This document shows positions 25,701-34,117 of a DNA stretch of 64,000 nucleotides, one piece after another (the first letter of the stretch is position 1; each line of letters begins with the position of its first letter). The notes below the pieces were generated by a model. The model was not told the DNA's origin and searched no databases. It saw only the letters and a program-made list of their open reading frames with translations. The position numbers and the translations under genes were made by a program. Source of the DNA: a virus (lineage: Duplodnaviria > Caudoviricetes); IMG/VR virus record IMGVR_UViG_3300005546_000003, positions 1 through 64,000 of that record, one strand, 5' to 3'.

Positions 25701-25969
25701 TGGAGCTGATAGATGGTGAAAATAGAGTCCGGGTCAGTGCGTTGCATGATTTTTTCCTAGGGGGCCGGGATATAATGGAAGCCAGCTTCATGGGAATGAG
25801 GATTCATTTTCATGGGGTCACCATAATGCCAGAACAGACAGAGTGGCTAGTAGCTTGCATTAATGGTAGATGTACTTATCAGTATAGGGGCCAAAGTGAG
25901 CAAGAGAGACCAGAAGCGAGCGGGCAAGCTATTGAGGCAGGCTCAGGCGAGCTTAGAGCTGGCAGCTAA
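25661..25969 (+). CDS. Hypothetical protein (start probably at the internal ATG, MELIDG)
   Basis: ORF coupled to the upstream stop. Confidence 0.5.
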   Translation: MQGYFCLAGGEWVMELIDGENRVRVSALHDFFLGGRDIMEASFMGMRIHFHGVTIMPEQTEWLVACINGRCTYQYRGQSEQERPEASGQAIEAGSGELRAGS

Positions 25970-26086
25970 AGCGCTAAGGGGGGATATGAATCTGACGGCT
26001 CAACGGGCTGAAAAGGTAGCTCTAGCGTTGGTGGTGGTGCTTGAGCATCCGGTGGGGGAGCTGGAGAGATTGGTGGAGCTTAATAA

Positions 26087-26269
26087 ATGAAGCAAAAAGA
26101 ATTTGAAAAACTCCAAATTGGGGATCGGGTGACTAATATTGCTGCTCTTAATGGAGTTATAGTTACCCACAGACTGGAAGATTCTAGAGGTCATGTTACC
26201 TTCTTAGGCATCCTGCCGGTAAAGATTGATCGGGCAGCTGGGTGGGCGAAGATTAAGAGAAAGAAATGA
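26087..26269 (+). CDS. Hypothetical protein
   Basis: 60 aa, LQIGDRV SH3-like start; GGAG RBS. Confidence 0.55.
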   Translation: MKQKEFEKLQIGDRVTNIAALNGVIVTHRLEDSRGHVTFLGILPVKIDRAAGWAKIKRKK

Positions 26270-27252
26270 GCAACGAAAAAGCACAGCCAGTCCCAGCGGA
26301 GCCAAAGCGTCACGCATTCGCCAAGCCAACATCATCCGAGCCGCTTGGGTGCATTCAATGCGGACTCCCTGCGTCAGCAGAAGTACATTGGGCACCGTGG
26401 ATTTGTGGTGACTGCGGGAAGCCAAGAGCCATGACGATAACAGCGACCGCCGCCGACTTTTGCTGTCGCTACTGCTTTTCAACTAAAGGTATCGCTCCAG
26501 TACATCAGCCAGCAGGCGAGCTACTACCGCCCGTTCCCGAGAAGCCGCCGCCCGGCGGGAGAAACGGACACCAACACCAATGGGGATACGTTGACGTTGA
26601 TCCGCGCTTTGGGCATTCGTACTTTCGCTGTGCTGACTGCCTGTTAGCGGTGTTGCCGCCATCGTCTAAGCCAGCAGCCGAGCATGAGGGAGGGCCGCGA
26701 GAGGAAGTGGAACCATGTCCGTTTTGCATAACAAAAGGTAAGCCGTTCGCGTGGGAATCCCGCGATCCCAAAGCCAATAATCGCATCGTTTGGTGCATCG
26801 CCTGCGAAGTGTGCGCCTGTGAGGGGCCGGAAGCGGACACGGAAGGTCAAGCAGTTAAGCTATGGAATACCCGCGCCCGTCCTTCTCCAGCCGCCACCCT
26901 TTCACCTTCAGAAGCAGCACGGCGAGCGGCAGAGCGGATCGGCATGTTTACGATGGACGATCTCAGTAACGACGAGATCGCGTCCATTATCTCTGCGGAA
27001 CTAGATAAAGAGACCGAGCTTTACAACGAAGACGGCAGTTATACGCCCGTAGCGCAAAACATCTGGAATCATTCGGCTGACGTGGCGCGACGGGATGCGT
27101 TTGATGAAGCGATTGCGGCAGTACCACCGTTAATTCCCAAGTACGACGAGTTTGATAATTTTCACCCCAGCGGCAAGGACATTGATCCTCGATACGCGTC
27201 AGGATGGAACGCAGCTATTGCCGCTTTAGAAGCTGCAAAGGAGAGCAAGTGA
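26266..27252 (+). CDS. Multi-zinc-finger protein with Lar (restriction alleviation)-like domain
   Basis: PCPFC...CEVCACEGPEADTEGQAVKLWNTRA is the Lar pattern; additional CxxC fingers; composition differs from the rest of the genome. Confidence 0.65.
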   Translation: MSNEKAQPVPAEPKRHAFAKPTSSEPLGCIQCGLPASAEVHWAPWICGDCGKPRAMTITATAADFCCRYCFSTKGIAPVHQPAGELLPPVPEKPPPGGRNGHQHQWGYVDVDPRFGHSYFRCADCLLAVLPPSSKPAAEHEGGPREEVEPCPFCITKGKPFAWESRDPKANNRIVWCIACEVCACEGPEADTEGQAVKLWNTRARPSPAATLSPSEAARRAAERIGMFTMDDLSNDEIASIISAELDKETELYNEDGSYTPVAQNIWNHSADVARRDAFDEAIAAVPPLIPKYDEFDNFHPSGKDIDPRYASGWNAAIAALEAAKESK

Positions 27253-27461
27253 CACCAGAAGAACATAGAGACGCCGCCACTGATGCGATGAATCGCGGGC
27301 TTGGCAAAGTAGAAGTTGCAACCTATCACGCGACGATGGGCGTCTTAGAAGCCCTCTTGCAAATGGATACCTGCGGACACGGCACACGCGGATTCTGTAA
27401 GGACTGTTTTTGGCTTGAGTTTAGACAATGGCCGATTATGGTAAAGGAGCAAACCAAGTGA
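27204..27461 (+). CDS. Hypothetical protein (start likely GTG 27249)
   Basis: GGAG RBS and GTGA overlap with the upstream stop. Confidence 0.5.
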   Translation: MERSYCRFRSCKGEQVTPEEHRDAATDAMNRGLGKVEVATYHATMGVLEALLQMDTCGHGTRGFCKDCFWLEFRQWPIMVKEQTK

Positions 27462-27784
27462 GAGGCACCAATAAAAAAGCAACAGTTATTGACATAAAGC
27501 TTGAGTCTATTATTGTGGACTTTAGTGAGCAAGAGCAAGTTAAGGCTATCATGGATGGGGTAGTTAAGGAGCTTACTAAGGCTTTTGCTGCTAGGATAGA
27601 AGAGCTAACAGATAAGCCGACTCAGATTACAGGTCATGTAAAGTGCTACGAAGCGTTGCTGTGGGATGAGATACTGGATTTGACTGGTGGAGCTATGCGG
27701 GAGGTTGATAAGCCAGAGGAAAGTGCCGCTGAGGCTGAGCGCTGGCCTAATGTTATTGGGGGAGGGGATGAGACGGAGGAATAA
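27428..27784 (+). CDS. Hypothetical protein
   Basis: ORF in an operon-like run. Confidence 0.55.
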   Translation: MADYGKGANQVRGTNKKATVIDIKLESIIVDFSEQEQVKAIMDGVVKELTKAFAARIEELTDKPTQITGHVKCYEALLWDEILDLTGGAMREVDKPEESAAEAERWPNVIGGGDETEE

Positions 27785-27787
27785 AAA

Positions 27788-28003
27788 ATGGTTGCGATAA
27801 CTGGACAAGAAGCTAACTTACTACTCTACCTCTTCGATGCTACCTACAGAGTCGATAATCAAGGGAAGGTCGATAAACTGATGACCAACTTTAGTGTGGG
27901 CTTCCCCAGTGGGCATCCAGTCCAACGTCCTAGTCAGTTTGAACTACAAGCCCTGAGAGATAAGCTATTTAATGGACATGAGCATCCAGAGGAGGGAAGT
28001 TGA
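27788..28003 (+). CDS. Hypothetical protein
   Basis: 71 aa, GGAGG RBS. Confidence 0.55.
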   Translation: MVAITGQEANLLLYLFDATYRVDNQGKVDKLMTNFSVGFPSGHPVQRPSQFELQALRDKLFNGHEHPEEGS

Positions 28004-28788
28004 TCTATCTTTACAAACGCAATACCGGAATGGGCAGGCTGGCTAGGAAGTTGGGAATTAGTGTAGCAATTAGGTCTCAAACTGGAATGGCTGGGTTTGC
28101 AGCCGTTGGCCGAAGATACATTACTGATCCAGGCGTTAATTGGGGCTGCGGGAGCCAATTTGTTGACTTTATTGGGAATGGAAAGCTACTTAATGGCAAT
28201 CTTAACCTAGCTCTCAGCAAACGTCGGTCTTTTGAAGCCTTCGAGAAAGCTGGCCTGCCGTATCCACGATGGAGCAATAACTTCGCTGAGTTGCGCAAAC
28301 AAATAGGCCCAGACCGAGACATCCTACACCGAGTAGACGGCCAGCATGGGGGGAGCGGGATTGATATTATTCGGGCCGGAACTAACCCAGTCACCCTGAC
28401 GCCTCAAGAGCGCTCCTTTTTTGTCGAGCGCCTTAGCTATCAGCGAGAAGCTAGAGTTCACGTCTGGTGCGATGAGATTATCGCCACTCAAGTCAAGCTA
28501 TTGGAGCCGGGAAATGGGAATCCGATTCATAGCTTTGATGTTGGGAATGCCAGCTTTACGACTAAGCTGGAGGGCAGGCTTGAGCCAGCCCTAGCTACCA
28601 AAGCTGGAGAGCTTGCTAGGGCTGCTGTTAAGGCGCTGGGGTTGGACTTTGGAGCAGTTGACCTGATGCTAACCAAGCGCAGCAAGCTTTATGTACTGGA
28701 GGTCAACACAGCCCCCGGCATTCGGAGCAAGAGCATCGAAGATGCTTATAGTTATGGGCTAGGGAGATTGAAGAAGGAGAGAAAATGA
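28000..28788 (+). CDS. ATP-grasp ligase (RimK-like, phage type)
   Basis: KRRSFEAFEKAGLPYP, REARVHV, LGLDFGAVDLM, YVLEVNTAPGI. Confidence 0.88.
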   Translation: MIYLYKRNTGMGRLARKLGISVAIRSQTGMAGFAAVGRRYITDPGVNWGCGSQFVDFIGNGKLLNGNLNLALSKRRSFEAFEKAGLPYPRWSNNFAELRKQIGPDRDILHRVDGQHGGSGIDIIRAGTNPVTLTPQERSFFVERLSYQREARVHVWCDEIIATQVKLLEPGNGNPIHSFDVGNASFTTKLEGRLEPALATKAGELARAAVKALGLDFGAVDLMLTKRSKLYVLEVNTAPGIRSKSIEDAYSYGLGRLKKERK

Positions 28789-29042
28789 CCAAAATAAAGA
28801 TTTATGGGGACGATGAGCCTAAACCAGAAAAGATTATCAACTTGAGATTGCGTCGGCTGTTTGCAGGATCAGGCAGGTCAGTTGTGTCTCTTGATGTAGT
28901 CTCTGAGTCAGGCGAATTAATAAGCAGCATCTTGGAAGTGTCGGTAGATGGGGTTCGCTTGACTAGGTATGGAGCTGCTTCACGGAGTGGGCTTCCAATG
29001 GACCCCGCTAATCCGAATCAAGTTAAGTTAATTGCTAGTTAG
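28785..29042 (+). CDS. Hypothetical protein
   Basis: 85 aa, AGGAG RBS, ATGA overlap. Confidence 0.6.
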   Translation: MTKIKIYGDDEPKPEKIINLRLRRLFAGSGRSVVSLDVVSESGELISSILEVSVDGVRLTRYGAASRSGLPMDPANPNQVKLIAS

Positions 29043-29053
29043 GGAGTCAAGCT

Positions 29054-29989
29054 TTGCACGAACTAGAAGGTCCAAACTGTAAACTCTGCCACGGAGACCC
29101 TATGAAGTTCCTAGTACCGCTTCGGGCCTGGGAATCCAAGCTGGCCGGAGAAATGGAAAGTCTCCGCTTGGTAAGCTTGGAGCTCGAAGCCACCAGTTCT
29201 GGCACCAATGCTAAACCCTACCCTGACGCTAAGTGGGGCAGCAGCAGGATGCCCAGCTTGACTCCAGCTGTTTATGCTTGCTTCAAGAAATGGGGAGCTA
29301 CCATAGGGCGAGACCGAATTGGCCCAGCAGGGTTTGAAATCTGCACAGCTCCAGCTCAGGGCTTAAAGTTCATCCGGCAAATGAAGGATTGGGAAGAAGC
29401 ATTTGAAGCTGATAAGATTTATGTTACCAAGGAGCATGGAGCCCATGTTCACACCGATGCTAGGGACTTTTGCATGGCCGAGCTAAGGAACCTAATGATG
29501 CTGTTTCGTAGCATTCAGCCTGCGTTGTTTAGGATGGTTCCAAAAGCTAGAAGGCTGCCTTATAGCGAAGGTGGGCCTTGTGGGAGGATAAAGTATGAGC
29601 CAGAGCTGGTAGAGAAGCTTGTGGCAGCGGATACGCCAAAAAAGATAGCGAATTTCATGGCTGCGAGGTTTTTTGATAGCGGTTATACTTCCGTAAATCC
29701 TCTTGCCTACGACAGACATGTTGGGTGCAACATAGCCTTTAGCTTCCGAGCCCACCGGACAGTGGAGTGGAGGCTCCCTCCTGGCACGGTTAGCTCAACT
29801 GATATGATTGGCTGGGCCAGAATGTTTGCCAAGATAATGGATTATGCCAAGCAAATGGAACCGTCTGATGCCGAGGCTTTAGTGAAGCGCGGGTGGACTG
29901 GTAAGCGCTCTATAACCTGGCTCTGGGAAGTGCTGAATTCGGAGCGCTGCGTTGAGTTTATTGAACAAAAACTAAAGGAGAGTAAGTGA
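29054..29989 (+). CDS. Amidoligase family protein (copy 1)
   Basis: SLELE, GFEICT, HGAHVHTD, YTSVN, HRTVEWRLPPGT. Confidence 0.8.
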   Translation: MHELEGPNCKLCHGDPMKFLVPLRAWESKLAGEMESLRLVSLELEATSSGTNAKPYPDAKWGSSRMPSLTPAVYACFKKWGATIGRDRIGPAGFEICTAPAQGLKFIRQMKDWEEAFEADKIYVTKEHGAHVHTDARDFCMAELRNLMMLFRSIQPALFRMVPKARRLPYSEGGPCGRIKYEPELVEKLVAADTPKKIANFMAARFFDSGYTSVNPLAYDRHVGCNIAFSFRAHRTVEWRLPPGTVSSTDMIGWARMFAKIMDYAKQMEPSDAEALVKRGWTGKRSITWLWEVLNSERCVEFIEQKLKESK

Positions 29990-31728
29990 GTTTAGTTACT
30001 TATTTCGCTGCTGCGCGAAGACTTGGCACGGCGGTTTGGTGTGTATGCCCAGTTTGTATTCTTGCTAGAAGGGTTACTCCTAGGCCTCTTTTGCTATGCC
30101 CTAGGTGTGGGCGAAATCCAGCTGTCATTGATACTTTCTGCAACCATTGTAGCGAATGTTGTGAATGTTATGTATGCGAAGGCTGCAACGTTAGGGGTTT
30201 AGATCCTGATTTTGGCTGCATGGAGTGCTTTAGGTGTCCTTTTTGTGGCTGCATTTGTGACGGGAGCAATGGAGCTGCTAGAGAAGCTGGACTTGAAACC
30301 CCGCATCGACGCCGCCGGAGAGCTTTTTCTCCAACCAGAGCCAAACAGCTCAAAGCTGCCGCAGAAGGAGCTCAAGTGCGCCGGAGTCCAGCTAAGCTGG
30401 TAGATGATGAAGAAGGTTCAAGGATGGAAAATGACGCGGGAGTGACGTTTCATCTAGCAGGTCGGAAGGAATTCAAATGTAATCCACTGCAAAGGTTCTT
30501 GAGTGTGGAGATCGAAGTAGCTGAGCTGAGCGGCGAGTATCGGGGGATTAATGTACTGGGCTTGGATACCAAGACTCTGGAGATAAATGAAGTTGTCGAG
30601 CGCTGGCGCGGACAGCTGGTGAGGGACATTAGCTTACCAAGGGGTGGATTTGAAATAAACTCGGCTCCAGCAAATGGAGATAAATTCATCCAACAACTTG
30701 AGGAAATAACTCGGGTGCTGAGGAAGTTTGGAGCTAGTTGCGAAAATACTATGGACCCCGAAAAGCGAGTCCAGCCTTGTGGCCTGCATGTGCATGGGGA
30801 TGCTAGAGATTTTAGCTATTGGGACTTAAGAAGGTTCTTTATGCTTTATGCTTTTCTGGAGCCCACGTTGTATAAGATGCTCCCAGGGTGGAGACGGAAC
30901 TCTCATTACGCCCAGCGTTGTGGGGTTAAGCTCTTGAAGCTGGTGCTAGCAGGTAAGCCATTGAAGCCAAAGGATAGAAAGAAGCTCAAGCAAAGCGGGC
31001 CGGGGCAGGTTAAGGCTGGCTTAATAGCTGAAACCTACCAAGACCGCCTGCCAGCTATGCAGGACAAACGCTCCTGTCCACAAGAGGTGAGGTACCGGGC
31101 GCTGAATACTCATGCTTGGTTTTATCGGGGAACCTTGGAGTTCCGACATATGTATGGAACTGTGGAGCTAAGCGAGATGCTCGGCTGGGCTATGTTGGTT
31201 GGGAGTATACTTGACCTAGCTTATAGGATGCCTGAGGCCTGGATAGCTCAGTTGCCGAAGAGCGGGGAAAAGCCAGAGGAGTTGCTCAAAGCGCTGGCCT
31301 GTAATGACATGGTGGAAAAGTTTATTGATCAACAGCTGGGTAGGTTTGCTGGCGAGCTAGATGATGTACCAGAGAGCCCGATTCTGGGTCGGGTAGAGCG
31401 AAGTCGTAGGCGAACGATAGCTGATGTTCCACCGCAGCTTGTAGTTGATGCATCTAGGCTTTATGCGGGAACGATGGCTACTGGGGGTGAGATGAGCTGG
31501 TCTAGCATCCGAGCTTCGGACCTTCCATTACCACCAGATCCAGAAAGCTTGGCTCAAGCCGCCGAAAGACAAATAGCAAGTGAACTGCAAGCTCGGGCCC
31601 GAGAGATTTTAGATCAAGCCCAGCAAGCCCAGCAATCTCAAGCTCAAGCGTTGCAAGCTGAAATTGATAGCTTGCTTGATGATATGGAACCAGAATTTGA
31701 CCCAGAAGTCGAATTTCTTGATGATTAG
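29986..31728 (+). CDS. Amidoligase family protein (copy 2) with Cys-rich N-terminus
   Basis: SVEIE, RDISL..GGFEINS, CGLHVHGD, RYRALN, GTLEFRHMYGT; 18 Cys in about 75 N-terminal residues. Confidence 0.82.
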   Translation: MSLVTYFAAARRLGTAVWCVCPVCILARRVTPRPLLLCPRCGRNPAVIDTFCNHCSECCECYVCEGCNVRGLDPDFGCMECFRCPFCGCICDGSNGAAREAGLETPHRRRRRAFSPTRAKQLKAAAEGAQVRRSPAKLVDDEEGSRMENDAGVTFHLAGRKEFKCNPLQRFLSVEIEVAELSGEYRGINVLGLDTKTLEINEVVERWRGQLVRDISLPRGGFEINSAPANGDKFIQQLEEITRVLRKFGASCENTMDPEKRVQPCGLHVHGDARDFSYWDLRRFFMLYAFLEPTLYKMLPGWRRNSHYAQRCGVKLLKLVLAGKPLKPKDRKKLKQSGPGQVKAGLIAETYQDRLPAMQDKRSCPQEVRYRALNTHAWFYRGTLEFRHMYGTVELSEMLGWAMLVGSILDLAYRMPEAWIAQLPKSGEKPEELLKALACNDMVEKFIDQQLGRFAGELDDVPESPILGRVERSRRRTIADVPPQLVVDASRLYAGTMATGGEMSWSSIRASDLPLPPDPESLAQAAERQIASELQARAREILDQAQQAQQSQAQALQAEIDSLLDDMEPEFDPEVEFLDD

Positions 31729-31793
31729 GAGAAAGAAACAGACAAGACCTAGAGGCGCATGCCTTTGGGCATAGAGAAGGGAGCGGTACGGCG

Positions 31794-33335
31794 ATCTGCG
31801 GGATACTCGGTTGGCAAAGAGGCTCAAGTAGCAAACTAACTCATGAGCAACTAAAAATAGCGCTTACAGCTATGATCATCTACATGGACGTTAGAGGAGG
31901 AGACTCTTGGGGCGCGGTTGCTGATGGAGACATAGTAAAGGGGAAAGGTCTAGCTACCTTTGGGGCGGATATTGAGAAACTAGCTAGGGCCCAGACGCTG
32001 ATACTTCACACCCGCAAAGCTACTGTGGGGGCTGTAACTGCCGAGAACTCGCACCCGTTTGTGTTTGGAGACTTCACTGGGGTGCATAATGGCTCGGTTA
32101 GCAATTATCGAGCCCTAAATGCGAAGCTTCATCGAGATCTGGATGTGGATTCGATGCATATTTATGCTCATATGGCCGAGGGGAGAGACCTAGGGGAGCT
32201 TTCAGTGCGGGGGGCTATAGTTTATCTTGATGCCAAGGAGCCAGAGAAACTGTTTCTGGACAGACTTAGCTCTGGTTCGCTTTCTATTGTTGGCGTGGAG
32301 AGCTTGAAGGCTCAAACTGATGTCTTCTTTGCCAGCACCCCCAGCGCGGTTAATGCGGGGCTCACAATGGCAGCGGTGCCAAAATGGTTTCCTTATACTA
32401 CCAAAGACAACATTCGATATCATGCTGTTAACGGCAGGTTGTTTCATGATACACCAAATGTTGACCTGGGGTTCGGAAAAAACGTGCTGGATTTTCAATA
32501 TGGGGCCGTCAGCAAGACAGGATATTACTCCTCTACTGATAGAGATAGCCGGGCAGCTGGGTATACATCAAATTTTGTTACTCGAAACTTCATAGCTGAA
32601 GCTCGGCGCGCTGGATATTTGGAGGCTTATTACGGCAACGATAATTGCAGCGATTGCAGCATCACAGCCGCAGTGAGGGCCAAGGCCACTGGTTTTCTAT
32701 ATTGCACTTATTGTTGGCTCGCGTATGAGAAGCTGGGTTTTTTCGCCAAGAGTCAGCAGCAGAAGGGAGAACCGGAGGGGGACCCGCTCCCAGCTGGGGC
32801 TATTAGTGAAGATATTACCTGTGAGTGGAACTGCGATGATCAACCGGCGAGTTGGTTGGTAGGGTGGCAGAACTCTGGCTGGCTGGTTTGCACACAATGT
32901 AAGGGTTACGTGGACGCTCCGGGGACTATGAGCAATGGGTCTTGGGTGATGGAGTTGAGTGATTTTAATGTCACGGCAGATGTCAGGTCAACCAATAAGT
33001 GCTTCTGCGGCCTACATGCTGGAGTGGCGCATTACAGGTCAACCACTGAGGGCAAATTGCTGTGGTGTTGTCAGGCTTGTTTGAAGAATGAGATAATGGT
33101 AGACTTAGGCAACGAGCCGGAGCCAAAATCAAAGACCGATGCGGAGAAGCGGGAGAAAATGAGAGCTCATCTAGAGATCGTGCCGCCTCCTGTTGCGGAT
33201 GATCATAAACCGCTTGGGACTACTGGCAAGCTCTCTGCTCGGAAGGATGGAATAGTCCGGCACAATCGGGTCGGCGAAGCTGGTTGGGGAGAAATGATAA
33301 ATGATCTATTCAAACGCGGAGGGAGAGAACATTGA
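31794..33335 (+). CDS. Class II glutamine amidotransferase (Ntn hydrolase) with C-terminal zinc fingers
   Basis: In-frame CGILG at 31797, RGGDSWG, HTRKATVG, NSHPF, GVHNG, VDS; the codon before Cys is ATC, and the supplied ORF starts 25 codons after the Cys, at 31872. Confidence 0.82.
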   Translation: MCGILGWQRGSSSKLTHEQLKIALTAMIIYMDVRGGDSWGAVADGDIVKGKGLATFGADIEKLARAQTLILHTRKATVGAVTAENSHPFVFGDFTGVHNGSVSNYRALNAKLHRDLDVDSMHIYAHMAEGRDLGELSVRGAIVYLDAKEPEKLFLDRLSSGSLSIVGVESLKAQTDVFFASTPSAVNAGLTMAAVPKWFPYTTKDNIRYHAVNGRLFHDTPNVDLGFGKNVLDFQYGAVSKTGYYSSTDRDSRAAGYTSNFVTRNFIAEARRAGYLEAYYGNDNCSDCSITAAVRAKATGFLYCTYCWLAYEKLGFFAKSQQQKGEPEGDPLPAGAISEDITCEWNCDDQPASWLVGWQNSGWLVCTQCKGYVDAPGTMSNGSWVMELSDFNVTADVRSTNKCFCGLHAGVAHYRSTTEGKLLWCCQACLKNEIMVDLGNEPEPKSKTDAEKREKMRAHLEIVPPPVADDHKPLGTTGKLSARKDGIVRHNRVGEAGWGEMINDLFKRGGREH

Positions 33336-33541
33336 GTGATATTAGCGCGAGATTTGATTCCCCGATTGAGAATTCCTTGAATGGCCCAAAAGTTACCCTT
33401 CAAACGGCCCCTGACCGTGTTGCCATATTGTTTAATCGTGGTGATGTAGTAGGGCTCATTGAACAACTTGAAGCAGCCTTGAGTGAATGGAGAGTGTACG
33501 ACAAAAAGCGGCTGGAACATAAATATGAGACAATATTATGA
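33332..33541 (+). CDS. Hypothetical protein
   Basis: 69 aa, TTGA overlap, GGAGG RBS. Confidence 0.5.
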   Translation: MSDISARFDSPIENSLNGPKVTLQTAPDRVAILFNRGDVVGLIEQLEAALSEWRVYDKKRLEHKYETIL

Positions 33542-33768
33542 CAAGAATCTACGGGAGCCTAGCGAGCCACAAGGGACACGGAGTGGAGCTGGCTGGAGTT
33601 GGGAGTCAACTGGTGCTACAATGCTTGGAATGCGGAGTGGTGCTGATGGAGATTGAAACTAAACTGGTAGTGGTTGCTAGTCCGGCTTGCCGGAGGTGTG
33701 AGCTGGTGCCGATTGTGGAGAGCTGCGGAGAATGTGAAGGTGGGGATGAGCGAGCGGTTGGGGAATGA
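33538..33768 (+). CDS. Zinc-ribbon hypothetical protein
   Basis: HKGH..CLECG and CRRC..CGEC; ATGA overlap. Confidence 0.55.
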   Translation: MTRIYGSLASHKGHGVELAGVGSQLVLQCLECGVVLMEIETKLVVVASPACRRCELVPIVESCGECEGGDERAVGE

Positions 33769-34078
33769 GAAATTTACAATACTATTAGACATTGATTTAG
33801 ATACTTTGGGCCTTAATTTTGAGAATCAGGGGCATGTTGATGTTGCGGTTGACCTCAGCGACCCAGCTTTTGAAGAACAGGTCTTGAGCGCGGCTGGTAG
33901 GTTTCGGGCCCTGAAGCGCAAAACCCGAGCTGGAGCCCATGCTAGGCCGGTTATTTGTGGCGAGTGTGGGGAAAGGTTGCCTAGGACTGAGGACTTGGGG
34001 CCGCATAGGTTGGTTTGCGAAGGACAAAGCGGCGAAAAGCTGTTTACCCATACAGGATGGAAAGATGAGCGAAGGTAG
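33674..34078 (+). CDS. Hypothetical protein with zinc finger (start likely 33765)
   Basis: ICGECGERL...HRLVC; ATGA overlap at 33765. Confidence 0.5.
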   Translation: MLVRLAGGVSWCRLWRAAENVKVGMSERLGNEKFTILLDIDLDTLGLNFENQGHVDVAVDLSDPAFEEQVLSAAGRFRALKRKTRAGAHARPVICGECGERLPRTEDLGPHRLVCEGQSGEKLFTHTGWKDERR

Positions 34079-34117
34079 TGATAGACCTATTGCTCTTTTA
34101 GTCTTTGTTGTGCTACT

